64,000 bases of DNA, taken from Octopus sinensis (Eukaryota). The position numbers and the translations under genes were made by a program. Under the pieces are notes generated by a model. It made no database searches, was not told the DNA's origin, and saw only the letters and a program-made list of their open reading frames with translations. Where the stretch lies: positions 128,650,001 to 128,714,000 of the forward strand of contig NC_042997.1 in NCBI RefSeq assembly GCF_006345805.1, in the 5' to 3' direction. Positions within the stretch are counted from its first letter, which is position 1. Each line of letters starts with the position of its first letter. Shown piece after piece: positions 38,671 to 52,498 of this stretch.

Positions 38671-39058
38671 ATCAAGATCAAAATCAAAATCAAATCAAAT
38701 CACAATCAAATGGAAATTGTAGTTGTGGTCCCTCTGCCGATGGAACGTAAAAAGCACCATCCGAACGTGGTTGATGCCAGTTCTGCTTTGAGAGGCTCCC
38801 ATGCCAGTGGCACGTAAAAAGCACCATTCGATCATGGTCAATGCCAGCCTCCCTTTGGCCCCTGTGCCGGTGGCACGTAAAAAAGCACCCACTACACTCT
38901 CGGAGTGGTTGGCGTTGGGAAGGGCATCCAGCTGTAGAAACACTGCCAGATTAGACTGGATCCTGGTGCAGCCTCCCGGCTTCCCAGACCTCAGTCGAAC
39001 CGTTCAACCCATGCCAGCATGGGAAACGGATGTTAAACTATGATAATGATGATGATGA
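38671..39058 (+). mobile_element. RTE-type retroposon 3' region with ~60-bp internal tandem units
   Basis: (ATCAA)n, then GGCACGTAAAAAGCACC units three times, CACTACACTCTCGGAGTGGTTGGCGTT..GAAGGGCATCCAGCTGTA and tail; reverse complement of the 18557-19405 family. Confidence 0.85.
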
Positions 39059-39266
39059 CTCTAGGCACAAGGCCCAAAATTTTGGGGGAGGGAGGGCCAG
39101 TTGATTGGATCAACCTCAGTATGCAACTGGTACTTAATTTATCGACCCCAAAAGAATGAAAGGCAAAGTCAACCTCAGTGGAATTTAAACCCAGAACATA
39201 AAGACAGACGAAATACCGCTAAGCATTTTGACCTGTGTGCTAACTTTTCTGCCAGCTCACTGCCTT
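39059..39266 (-). mobile_element. SINE family A
   Basis: GGCACAAGGCC...ACTGGTACTTAATTTATCGACCCCAAAAGAATGAAAGGCAAAGTCAACCTC...TCTGCCAGCTCACTGCCTT is the reverse complement of the 9455 copy. Confidence 0.85.
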
Positions 39267-39519
39267 ACAATAAATATAATATTATAAATAACAGCTTGTT
39301 ATAAACACTGGCAAATGTAACACACCAAAAGATTACCTTGAAGTTTTTCCTAGTGTGGTCTGCCTGAGGTTGAGCTTTGTCTCATGTGGCCTGTTTCTTG
39401 AGAAAGGTTGCTTATGCCTGATACAAACATATAAGCACATATTTGTCTGTGTGTACATATTTATATAATAGAAGCACAGACTGGAATCAAAGGACCTTAG
39501 AGTTAATTTAGTAAAGACC

Positions 39520-40045
39520 AAATTATTGATAAGTAAGAAAACAGACAAATCACAGATCCCTTCAGGGAGATGGCTGTGCTCAATATGTAGAAAAGGTGTT
39601 GGGAGAAACTCTCCATAAGGTGTATCCAGTGCAAGCTATGGACACATAAGAAGTGCAGTGGTATTACTGGAACCTTAACAGAGAAAGTAGCCTTTACATG
39701 TGGCAGATGTGCAGGTACATTAAACACCAGGATTGTACAAAAAAAAAAAGGACTTCCTCAAATGTCAATGGGTATCCTTAGAAGTAGTACACAGTTTCCG
39801 TTACTTAGGCAACCAAGTTAGTAGCTGGTAGAATAGGAATAGGCTGGGTGAATTTCAGAGTGCTACTAGCTCAGTTAGTAATGATGGGCTTCTCCCTCAG
39901 AGTGAAAGGCAGATTGTATGATGCCTGTGTACAAACAGCTATGCTATATGGCAGTGAGACATGGCTGTGACTACTGAGGCTTGAAAGAAATGAAACCAAT
40001 ATGCTCTGCCAGATGGGTAATGTCATTGTGTATATATGACAGTAT
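39520..40045 (+). mobile_element. RTE-clade LINE fragment (post-RT region with Cys/His-rich insert)
   Basis: CIQCKLWTHKKCSGI...FTCGRC...EVVHSFRYLGNQ...GFSLRVKGRLYDACVQTAMLYGSETW...RLERNETNML. Confidence 0.85.
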
Positions 40046-40053
40046 ACTAGCAT

Positions 40054-40390
40054 GGGTGGATAGCCAATTTGGAGAATAGGAATCTATCTCTTGGCCTGCT
40101 AACAGATTATAAGGACTCTTATGAGTTTAATCAGCAAACTTAATCAGCTATGTAGAGCTTGCAGCACCCACTCCCATTGATGAATGAGCCAGAATACTTA
40201 AAGACTCAATTAGACCTGAATACTTGTCAAAAAGTATTCTCACAATATATCCATTTCAAGTGCTGCTTGCTGCAAAATAGGGATTTCCTATTAGCTGATT
40301 ACGCTCATAAGAGTCCTTACAATCTGTTAGCAGGCCAAAAGATAGATCCTTATTCCCCAAATTGACTGGTCTAAGGTTGATAATCCACCC
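40054..40390. mobile_element. Foldback/MITE-like element with ~72-bp inverted arms, lying where the RTE homology stops
   Basis: CCAATTTGGAGAATAGGAATCTATCTCTTGGCCTGCTAACAGATTATAAGGACTCTTATGAGTTTAATCAGC (40064-40135) versus the reverse complement of 40294-40366; outer ends GGGTGGAT/ATCCACCC. Confidence 0.8.
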
Positions 40391-40643
40391 TCACCAATGC
40401 CAGAACTTTCATCTTCTGATGATCTTTTAACCAATTGACCATAACAACTTTCCATCTCTGAGAGATGAAGAGTTAAATTTTTCTTTGTATAGAGTGTGAT
40501 GAGCTATTCACAAAGGTGCAGCTTTAATGGATGCAAAACCATTGGTCATTCTATGACCAGGCTTTAACTTTAGTGCTTTAATACTTTACTGCTCTATACT
40601 TTAGAGTGCACTTCTTATTTGAATATATGATACTTTGACAATA

Positions 40644-40760
<117 letters not shown>

Positions 40761-41316
40761 GAACAGACAGACAGATGAACTGACAGATAGACAGATTGGT
40801 GGGTAGATGGACAGACTAGATTAGATTGGATAGCTAGTTATTTAGATCAATGGATGGAAGGACATACAAATTGAACAAATTGATGGGAAAATGGACTGAC
40901 AAATGGCTGGACAAACAGCCAGAGAGATTAATGGACAGGCTGACAGACTGACTAGTTCAGATAAGGTGAGTAGATAGACAGAGGGAAAGACAGACAGAAA
41001 AGTAGAGAACAAGACTATTTATTATAGTACCTCATAGATGACTCACCATACCAACTTATGGTTTGTTAATTCCACTTTCAGTGGGATAAAAACGTGTGTA
41101 TGTGTGCGTTTGTGATTACAACAGAACACTCAGATACCACCGCTATCATCATTAGGCTTATACATAATATGATAGAAACTTTACTGTCAAAGCAAAAACC
41201 TTCTATGGCTATAAATGTCTTTGTATGTGCATGCAATGATATGCAAAGTACCACCCTCATTATCACCAGAACTATACTTAAAGAGTACTGATAAAATCTA
41301 TTCTGAACACATGCAC

Positions 41317-41363
<47 letters not shown>

Positions 41364-42575
41364 ACGTGCTTGCATGCATGTGTGTGTTTACAAGATTACT
41401 TACACTAAGACACCATCAACACAGCCAAGAGTACTGATAAATCTTGTGTGTGTGTGTGGTCAGAAAGTAACATTTCCGTCATCATCACCACCACCACCAC
41501 CACATGAGATTGGCTATATATTCTGTGCATATGTATGTGCGATACTAAGTGTAACTGGGAGGTAACATTGCCCTGCTGCCATCTGCCATCACCACAAATG
41601 ATCTCTCAACCTACTGAGATATCAGCTAAACTTTTTCATATCACACTCTAACACTTTACAAAGAAATGATATATTGAATAATATAGTCTTAAGAAAAAAC
41701 AAGACAGGATGTTTACAGCTGGAACACCTTTAATCATTGGTCTTTTTGATCACTTTAGTATTACTTTGATATCACTAACCCACACGTATATTCTTTTATC
41801 CAAATTACAAGATTTCAGGTCACTACACTCTATACATGAACTTTTTTTTAATACATCTTTTAGTACATTTATATACTTATGTTATTTTAATCCATGCTAT
41901 TGGATTATTTGAGTTATTTCCTTAGGTTCAGTCTTATTTTTATTATCCAAATTAGTGTTTTGGCCAAAAGTTAATTGTACTTATTTTTATTCATTCATAA
42001 AAACCCATGTTTATCGATCAAATAGATTTGTGTTGTTTACACTTTGCTGATAAGGTCTAATAAAACAAAAACATGATCATTACAGTTACCATTGATCAAA
42101 TTTTCCTTTGAAATTATCTACCCTTTCTTTGTGAGTCATTAATGAATGCTGATATTTTTGTATTTTTTTACTCCTTCAAGTCAAAGGAAAATTTCAGTTT
42201 ATGTAGAATCTTTGTATACATCATGCAGTGTGGCTATATGTACTTGCTTGATTTCAACATGTCATTGGCTTATTTTAGTTATTTCCCTTGCATAAGTTAC
42301 GCTTTTCATTACACTCAACATTACACCACTGTATAAGCCAACAAAGAAGCCTCTTTACTCAACCTACTAAAAATAACAGGCAAATCTCCCTCAATTCACA
42401 CCCTGCCTTCTTGAAATGAACACATAGGATATGATGTGATCATGGATACTCTGTATCTGATCAAAACATCAAGAACATCAAATACCCCCAAACAATGTGT
42501 ATGAGTGCGTGCATGTGTGTGTGTGTGTGTGTGTGTGTGTTTGTGTGTATATACCCACACACGCATGCACATAAG

Positions 42576-42611
<36 letters not shown>

Positions 42612-44172
42612 GTAAGTGTATGTAGATATCTGTGCATGTGTATTTGAAGAAACATATTGAAAGATAATTGGTATAGAAGAATATGTGTATATGTTTTCAA
42701 ATGTGTTTAAATATTCTTCACAAAATTACATTCTGCACCAGACACTCATATAACAATAAACTGATACCATCAAATGTTTTACATAGCTTACTATTTTGTT
42801 TGCAGTTAAAATATATTTTCTAGCAGTATTTTGATATGAACAAATGTTTTACCGATATTCTTTGATCTCAAAATTGTGATTATATTCAATTTGTCTGCCT
42901 TCATCTCTCTCTCTCTCTTTCTCTTTCTCCCTCTCATCTCGCTCTCTCTCTCCCATATCTCTCCTCTCATCTCTCTCCCATATCTCTCCTCTCTCTCTCT
43001 CCTGTCTCTCCTTCTCCCATATTTTATCTCCCCTCTCTCCTGCTACCTCTCTTTTTTCCTGTCTATACCCTCACACCATTCAGATTCAATATAGTATCTG
43101 TAAACCTCTGTAACAAAGCGGCTCTAGAATACACTGCCATTCTTACCAAAGACAGTTGTATATTCCATCTGTACTATTGAATAAAGATTTTTAATTCAAT
43201 CAAAGCTATGTCATACCTTTTATTAACAGGCTGATAAATTTTGTATTTATCTGTTTGTTTTTTTCATGCTCACCTCTCCAATCTGACACACTTTCCTCAT
43301 TAGAGAAAACATTTACTTTCATAATTTTTTTTTAATCTGAACTGATTTAATTTTTCATTACTCACTTCATTTAAAAGATAATTTTTAATTTTTATATTTT
43401 CCAAATTCTTGATAATTTTTTTCTCTCTCTTCATATAGATTTTTTCATTTTCTAATTTATTTCAACTTATAAAACAATTAGTTTGAAAACACATGCCTTC
43501 AATTTAAATTAATTTTATTATTGATTTCCCTTTTTTAAACATCAATTAATTAACACTCTAGATAAAAAAAAAAGCTATTGTATCATTTTATTTTCCATTT
43601 ATTTGTTATTTCTCAAACATTTTGTAACACCCAAGGATATAAAATCACACGAAATGATAAATATCTGACGTGTTAGAGATAAGGGGTGGTTCTGGTCAGT
43701 ATTGATAGACATGAAATCACTGAAAACAATGCTGGTTGTTGAAGTAAAGTTAAATTTTACTTTATATCTGCAGTTACTAGGAAATATATTTATTTTTATA
43801 ATGAAATATAAGAGTTAATTAATCTTCTGTTGTTGATATTTGAAAGAAACCTTGTCAAAATATTAAAGACAGTTTCTGCAATACAATACTAGTTTTTTTT
43901 TCCCCATCTCTTATTGTTGGGCATGTTAACATGACATGTTACTGTATACATGGAAATATCTATATCTTCCTATATTATGCCATGATGGTCCATTGTTATT
44001 GAAACATTTCCTTTGCAACAAAATAAGTGACAAGGTTATTTTGTTAGAGTTTGGATGTCAACCATTTTTATGGACATATGTCACACCACAGTTTCAATCA
44101 GTGAACTTGAGAAAAGTTTTAGAAATCTTCACATTTCACTTTCTAGACATGTACAATAACTCTTTCTTTCTT

Positions 44173-44205
<33 letters not shown>

Positions 44206-46199
44206 TGTCAATATGTGCACTTTAGAAAAAAGAAATATCTCAAGATTCACTTAAATATTGAAGAATTATTATCTCAATCTATATTTTCATTGAATTGAGT
44301 CTAATAATAAAATATTTCATTGAAATTAGAATGAAATCGCCAATAGAAAATATGAATGACAGTTTTATCTTATAATGTCAGTATCAGCAATCTATAAGTC
44401 TCAGCAAACTAAGTATAACTGCATTGTGATGAGCATAGCCAAGAAGTTGAAAGTCATAAAATGATTTATTTTCACATTTACTGCTACTGCCATGTCCTCA
44501 ATCAACAGGATAGTCTATCTGTGTAAGGTAAAAATCTACTTATATTATTGGCACTGTATATACTGACAGGATTTTTTGCTAGATTAAGACAGAAATCAAT
44601 GCAAGAGCTCAGTCTTTCTAAAATATTTCCACAGCCATGTTTGAATTCTTCTTTTTCTATTCTACTTGGGAAGTTAACAACTTTTGCAGAAAAATATTTC
44701 AAAATAGAATTTAAATTTGTATTTAGGCCGAAATTTTTTTTCTTTTATCCTTTTCTTATTCTTTTGAAATTAGAAACTTCACTTCAAGTATCTTTCCTTT
44801 CAACAATTGTGGGGTTTTTTTCCTCACTACACTATATTTCATATGGTTGTCATTATTGTAATGCTAAACATCTTCACCAGAATTAAAATGTTATTATTTA
44901 TATGTTGTTGCCTTCTATAGTCGCAAGGGAAAAGTTCTATTTTAGAATTATAACAGCGGTTTAAATTTGTTCATATGCCCCCTGTTGATAATCTAAATAG
45001 CATGGTGCAATTTTACACAAAACCAGTGAGACAGTTCTAAGCTTTGACCACAATCATATTTTAAAACTTGCGTATTCCTTCTGGTGCACAATACATATAT
45101 ATAATATTTAGTACACATACAAACATATATGTACGTAATGTATGTATAAATAGATAGATACATACATAGATGCATGCCTGCACATATGTATATGATCATT
45201 TTCATGTTTTCCATGCTGGCTCACAATCTGAATCAGTTCTTATTCAGAGTCATATCCTCCTTGGCTGATTAGAGGACCATTCTCCCTTGTGCATTTCAGG
45301 TTTTGACATGGTTTCTATGATTAGATATTCTCAGACTTATAGAAAATTCCTTTAAAAAATATTCTCACAACATATATACACATTCAGACACACAGAAAGA
45401 CAACTCACTATCCAAATATATCTGGGTTTGAAGAAATGATTATATAAACAATATAAAACTGATTGGTCTGTTATGGAAAGTATATACCCCAACATTAATG
45501 TGATCTTTGTTTCAGAAAAGCTAGTGATCTTATTGCTTTTGTAACTTTCTTCCTAAAGATCTGCACTGAATTTTTGCAGACACTGTCAATATTTATTGAG
45601 CAATTTCCAAATATCATCTGGTTAAAATAGTATATTTCCCACATAATGGATTTGCTTTATCATGAAAAAGTGCCACACATTCATTCAATTGTTCATAAAC
45701 ACAAAGACTACACAAATAATAGCCACCCTCCTTGCTTTTGTGTGATCTACACATATAATACAAATGATATGAAAATATCATGTGTCTTTACATGAAAATA
45801 GAATACATTACATATTTCTGCATGGAAAAACTAAATAAGTGAATATGTGAATTTTGTACAGATGCATTTATCTAGATCCTATATCTCCATGTGTGTTCAG
45901 ATATTATGGAAACAGTTATATTTGTTGAAAATTATCGAGCAGAAATGTTACATAGATTTAAAGAGGATCACTACATCAACAATAGTAGATTCAAAACATA
46001 AGAGTAGATGGAAAAGAGATCAGGTGACTTTTAGGAAAAATAAGTTGAGAAATGAGAGAAAGAGGCAAGATTGAGCAGGAAAGAGATGGCAGAGTAAAGA
46101 TGAAGATCTAAAGAATAAGAACTTCAGAAGTAGGTGTATTCATGTAGTTTTAGTTCTGTGAAGGTGATGTTTCCCAGTTTCACACTATGCTTCTCTGGT

Positions 46200-47840
46200 T
46201 GCCTCTATCTCCCTACATCTCTCAATTAGAGTTTAAATAGAGGTCTTTATTCTATAATTTTTTGAGAATTTTCCTTTTCTCTGTTGTGCAGAGATCACAT
46301 CAGTTTCCAGTAGAGTAAGGTTTAGATTTTTTAATGATGATTTCATTCCATTTAATTCCATAACATGAAGCTTATTCTTTTAATTGCTGGATGTTATCAG
46401 TTGATTTTGTTGTGTTCTTTTTTTTTATGTGTCTAAAGGAGTATGATTTATATGCCACTTGTAGTTTGGATTTTATAAAGGTGACCTTTACTTCGTAAAT
46501 AATAGCTTCTGTGTTGCAGATATTTGTGTTTCTACATGATCAGGTAGCTTTAGTTTTGTTTGTGTGTATGTGTATGTGATGTATTTTTCATGTTTATGGT
46601 ACAACTGTAAGCTTAATTTCAAGTCAAGTCTGTTAACACTTTTTCTATATTCATAGTTTAGCAGGAGCGTATTTGTCTATTAAGATTTAAAAGTGTCTTA
46701 ATATATTGGATTGTCTTACCATATTAGATTTAAAATTTAAGAAAAATGAGTGGTGTAAACCATATATACCAGCACCTCTTTTCTATTCTTTGTGAAGATA
46801 GCAAAGTGAGTAGATCATTTTCTCTTTGAATTCACAAGCTAGTAAAGTGTTATTGGGAGTTAGATTGAAAATCCTTCTGCCAATATTGATGTCCTTAAAA
46901 GCTATGGGATTTGGCATGTAAGACTTTTTCATTGAGCTTTAGTTGTAAAATCTAGTGTAACAGCAAAGAATTCAACTGTAGGTGAGTTAGCGACTACAAT
47001 TCTTTTACATCAAAAGCACTAAAAGTGTGGATGATGTACTTAATTTGTCTAATTCTTTTTATATTTGTTTGTTATAGATTACCAACCCATCATCTCTGCA
47101 ATGACCAGAGTCTGTTTTAAATATTTTTTTTGTAAATATAACTAAGATGTGAAATTGTATATAGATTACATATATTCATGTTATATGATCTAGAGTTTAC
47201 ATCCAAGAAATTTCTGATGTCAGGTTTTTGTTTTTCCCCCAGGTAGAGTTCTCATTGAAAGTTGGGGCTTTACTGGCATGCACTATTATTTCCATATTGT
47301 CATCTATCATATTGTCACTCAGCAAATTATTTTGTGCTGCATTTAATTTTTTACATTTATAGAGTTATAAAGTTCAACAATATCAAATTGACTGAATGCT
47401 GAATTTGTTTGTAGATGTGTTTATTATCAGTACTACTGAACCAGCTTTAACCCTTTCAATACCAACCCAGCTGAAACCGGCTCTAGCTCTCAGTACAAAT
47501 GTCTTGTTTTCATAAGTTTTGAATTAAAATCTTCCACCAAACTTGAGTCACAATTTATGTTCCTAACACTAGCTGAATGATAACTAAGTTATTTTACTAA
47601 ATTCTTTGTTATATTTAAAGTAATTGAAAGAAACACAGAGCATCTCAAAATAAATACAGTAACGAAAAGGTTAAACATCATTCCTATTATTCCATTGTTA
47701 TTGATCTTTCTCTTATTATTACTGGTATTCTTTCAATTTTTTTTTTTTACTAAATAATTCTGTCTTGAATTTAGCTGGATAAATTGACCTGCATTTAAGA
47801 TTTGGTACAATTTTTTTATGGTCCTTAGTTGTTATAAATT
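46200..47840 (-). mobile_element. Penelope-like element (RT plus C-terminal GIY-YIG region), decayed, probably Naiad-type
   Basis: Ordered minus-strand motifs FITTKDHK..PNLKCRSIYPAK (47770-47838), NDV*SWF, AFSQFDIVELYNSI (47358-47399), GHCRDDGLV (about 47080-47106), VEFFAVTLD, IWFTP, KLS/YSCT, CNTEAIIYEVKVT, KPYSTGN*CDLCTTEK (about 46277-46324). Confidence 0.85.
47451..47670. mobile_element. 220-bp piggyBac-like MITE with TTAA target-site duplication
   Basis: TTAA|CCCTTTCAATAC ... GTAACGAAAAGG|TTAA; removing it and one TTAA restores the Penelope-like RT frame. Confidence 0.85.
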
Positions 47841-48604
47841 TTTGGCACTAAGTTGCCTGCTTCTTGTAGGCTCAAGTCAGTCACTTGTGATGCCTGTTGT
47901 TGGGAAGAGGCATGGTTCAAGATATTAAGCTGTTGTACCCCATCTGTGTGTGGTGGCCCTGTTGCCAAATCATCTCTTTTTTACAATTCTCTCATGGTTA
48001 CCCTTTGAGAGTTGCCCCTCTTGCTGGTTCACCTCAATTTACTACACATTGTTCATCCAAATGATGCCCTGGATTGATGTTTCAATCCAGAACTGTGGGA
48101 ACAGCCAGCCTTTTCAATGATAACTTTCTGTGTCCTCCTTTCTTTGTGGAGTGTATCAAAAATAATTTTTTTGGACACCGTAAGATCAAAAGTTTTGTCC
48201 ATGATTGCAACACTATGATTTTCTTTTAAAAAATATTACACATATCATAAAAACAATAATCACATGCAAATATTGATTGAGGAAATATAATGCAAATTTG
48301 CTGAAACGGTATTATTGTCTTATATTGAGATCAGCAGAATTCACCTATTTGTCTATACACTTACACTTGTTAGTCTACTGTAATCATTCTTGAAATTAGT
48401 CAGAATGTTCATAGATAAAACTGAAACATTACTGCCACATTTATTGTGCATAAGAATAATAACTTTTATTTGAATATTCATTCTTTTGGTTTTAATATTC
48501 TAATTTTATATTACACATTTGTATATATGTATGGAATAAAATATCTATTATGTAATTTAATATAATGTATAAAACATTTATATATATTAATAATATCATC
48601 ATTG

Positions 48605-48721
48605 TCATCATCATTTAACGTCTGCTTTCCATGCTAGCATGGGTTGGATTATTTGACTGAGGACTGGTGAACCAGATGGCTGCACCAGGCTCCAATCTGA
48701 TCTGGCAGAGTTTCTACAGCT
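48605..48721 (-). mobile_element. 5'-truncated RTE-type retroposon tail
   Basis: CATCATCATTTAACGTCTGCTTTCCATGCTAGCATGGGTTGG...GGCTGCACCAGGC...TTTCTACAGCT. Confidence 0.8.
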
Positions 48722-50492
48722 TATGAACAAAAGAGGAAGTGAGTTTTCAATATGTGATTTAGAGTATTTATACTGAATTAATTTTATTGGGACTTGAGTT
48801 CTATGTCATTGCAATCATCAGGTGAACTGTGTCAATAGGATCTTCAAGCTTGTTTTACACTGGATGGAACAGTTTCATTCTTTAGTGTATGACTGCCATT
48901 TTCATTGGTCACTTATAGACATTTTTTTTTAAGGTGGTGACTATAGTTGCTACTATTTCTTTTATTCCATTTTCATTGGTTGGCTTCACTGTCCACTTTG
49001 TCTTTTTTATACTTGTCATGTTAGTACTTTTCATTGACCAGTTCAACAGACATCCTGTGCCTGTCTTTTTCATATCAATATATTTTACCCAATTTGTTTA
49101 TCTTTATGTTGCTTTTTATTGACTAATTCAAGGGTTGTCCTATTTCTGGTTAATAGTTTTGTAATCCTATACAGTTTTGAAAAACTGTTTATTTGTTTAC
49201 TGTTTTTCATTAGTGGGTGACTCCCACCCCACTCTTCTCTAGCTGTCATAATTTCCTGTTTTGGTATAAAAATTTATTTTCTTATCACTTTTCATTGCCC
49301 TGTCTGTGTTTGTTATTTATGTCATCATATCCTGTGCCATAAAGTTGCCATTTTGTCTATTTTATTGTATGGCAAATTATTTTTTTTATCTGATATAGCT
49401 AAAGATATGTTTTCATATACTCCATGGTAATTTGTATTTTATATCTAACGTCACTAAATTCTCGTTCTTTCTTTGGATTAATTTGTTGGTTACTTTGTTT
49501 TATTGTTCCATTACCAATTGCATGTCATGTCTCTGCTGCCTTTCCATTGCTATTGCATCAACAGATAGTTACTCTGTTTGTAGTTCAGAGTTGGTTTTCA
49601 AAATGAGTTTATTTTGATGTCCGCAGCATGTTATCACTTCGATTTTGTTGAGTAATCTTATGTGTTGTGCAAGTTGTGTTATAACTTTCTGTTGTTCAGA
49701 CTAGCCTATTCTAAACACAGTAACATGATAAAAAATGAGATATATAATTAAAAACTAATGACAGATATTAGGGAAGCTGATCAATGAAATGGGAACAACC
49801 AGCGAACTGTCTTATAAATAGAGAAGTTGGCAACGATAAATGGTTCTTCATAGAACATTCAGAATTTAGGCAATGAAAATTATAGCTATGTATACAAGAA
49901 TTAACTTACTCCAAGGTATGTTAGTCTGTCTTTTATGTTTTACAACTCTTTACAGTACCATTTCACATATCATCTTCTGCCTGGTTGAGACCTTGCACCT
50001 GCCACAGAATAGGTCTTTCTGTCAGCAGGTTATCTCATAAAATTTTCCAGTTACTCTCCAGTAATAAGCCACTATAACCTACCTATCATCTGCAGTGACA
50101 ATTAGAACTTCTTTGAATGTACAAATGACTTTCTTTTGTCTCTGAGGCTGTATAGCTTTTACACTGAAGTTACAAATCACTAACTTACGAGGAGTGATAC
50201 ATTTTTCACCAGGGAAAACTTAGAACTTACAACTGCTTCTTGGTGAGAATAAAATCTGTTTAGCTTTAGTGTTTTTTTGCTTGATTTGTAAATGATCAGG
50301 TAGCTGGCTGCTTTACTGAAGTTTCTTTTGCAAATAGGTAGGTCTCTGCATTTCAAAACATCAGAGATATTGGACTTCACTCCATACTACAGCCTCCATA
50401 TATATGCTGGAGACACCATCAACATGTTGTACAATATCTATTAAGAAATTTGGGACAACACTTTGATATCAAATATCTACTAAGAACCCATA

Positions 50493-50697
50493 AGGCAGTG
50501 AGCTAGCAGAATCATTAGTACACCAGGCAAAATGCTTAGCAGCATTTCATCTGTCTTTATGTTCTGAGTTCAAATTCTGCTATGGTCAACTTTGCCTTTG
50601 ATCTTTTTGGGGTTAATAAAATAAGTAGCAGTCAGGCTCTGGGGTCAGTGTAATTGACTTATCCAAATTTGCTGATCTTGTACCAAAATTTGAACTT
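50493..50697 (+). mobile_element. SINE family A with ~20-bp imperfect TSD
   Basis: AGGCAGTGAGCTAGCAGAATCATTAG...GAGTTCAAATTC...CAACTTTGCCTTT; flanks AATATCTACTAAGAACCCATA (50472) and AATATCTATTGAGAACCATA (50698). Confidence 0.85.
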
Positions 50698-52440
50698 AAT
50701 ATCTATTGAGAACCATAGCCATGATAATGAGGTTGTCATCTTTCATTATTGAAGGTAGTCTGCAGGATGGCCTTATAAGACGTTCTATTCATCTTCAAAA
50801 CATGTTTGTGGTATATATGTGGAGATACTCTGACTACCTCAATTATATTATCTATCCATTTTACTGTTTATAATATATCAGCTCCCTCTCTGTTTCACCT
50901 TTTAGCAATTCTGTTTTGAACATGGCAGGAAGAGGAGGATCTTTAGTGGTGTGTTGGTAGATTTGTATCTGTTCTCCGCATTTAAAACGATATACTATAT
51001 AATATTTATTGATGGTTGCTATGCTCTATATTATAGATAGCTGCTGTACTATGTAATAGTAGGTTACTGGATTGAAAACATCTAAAATGTAAGCGTGTTA
51101 CTGATTTAAATATGGCATTGCATTAGAACAAGCATTAATTCAGCAATAAGTTGTTTTATTTATTTATTTTTCATACCAATATCAAAGAACATAAAGTTTC
51201 TGATGAGAAACTGAGATTTGGCTTACACTGTACTATTAAATGTATTGAAGATGCTTCCTTTTGGATCCTGTAATGAGATTCCATCAATTCTCCTTAATTA
51301 GTCTTCTCTGGTGTAGTTTGCTGACTTTACATGTCATCATATCATGAAGATATTAATTTACATCACAAAGATATTTTCAAAACAATGTTACCTGAGTTTT
51401 GTGTAATGATCTGTGGAAACAAAATTAGATTTCTATCTTGAAACAATAAAATAATCAGCAAGTTTCCAATGATTTTATTCCTATTTCCAATATTCCTTCA
51501 ACTGACGTTATTGACAAAAATTCTGAAACTATAATGTAATTCTGAAACTGTTTTCTAAGTGTAGCATTGTAGGATATAAATCAATAAAGGAATTTTTGAA
51601 ATATTTAAGTTGATTTCTTCAAAATATGTCTCTCTTTAAGCTGTTTAAATCTCCTTGTGATCATTGATATCTTCCAATATTCTAGCAAGTGTTACCATAG
51701 TGATTTTATAAAAATGGCTTGTCATGCTGGAAAACTTTTTCTGAATTATTCTTATGTTCTTTTATGCTTGTAATCTGTAAATATTATATAGAAATAAATC
51801 TGTGCTTTCCAAGATTTCTATTTTACTGTTAAATAATTCTTCCATTTTGGACCATGTTCAAATTTGCCTAAAATTTTCAAAACAGAATTAATATTTCACA
51901 AAATGCTGATTTTCCAGAATTTAGAGAATCATGAGAAACGAGAAAAAAAAAATGATGACTCTTCTTCACTTACTCACCTCTGTAGGCTTTATACATCCCC
52001 CACATGTATATAATCACTAACTTGCTTGAACTAGCAGTCAAATCTCTCTCAAATAACCCTTTACTATCCATATTGTAAAAATGTAGTCATAGATATACTG
52101 TCTGGAAAAATAGGTTGGTCATTGTTGCAATGCCTTGAATCATAGATCTAGGTGAGGACAGACCTGAACTAAACATACACCCATCATAAACACATGCATA
52201 CATACGTATATATTTGAAGTTGCATTTGTAGGAATCATTACTTGGAATTTCTCATTCCTGATCCCACTCACCAGAAAAGTGAAAATGAAAAACCTCAAGT
52301 AGCAACATCCTTTTGAATTAATATTATTTCATTCCACCAAACAGTACTAGGCACCTTGTTTACTTACACATACACACTTTATACACATGAGAACATATGC
52401 ATTTCTTTATATATATATGTATTTGTGTGTGTGTGTGTAC

Positions 52441-52493
<53 letters not shown>

Positions 52494-52498
<5 letters not shown>

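Noticed and set aside
44502-44702. 66-aa non-repetitive ORF (MKYFSAKVVNFPSRIEKEEF...)
   Set aside because: No recognisable domain and length within chance expectation.
48900-49700. Strongly strand-biased A-rich (minus) block resembling decayed retroelement coding DNA
   Set aside because: No motif could be recovered by eye; left unannotated.
49900-50460. Possible old LINE fragment
   Set aside because: Only vague similarity to CR1-like post-RT motifs; strand and limits could not be supported.
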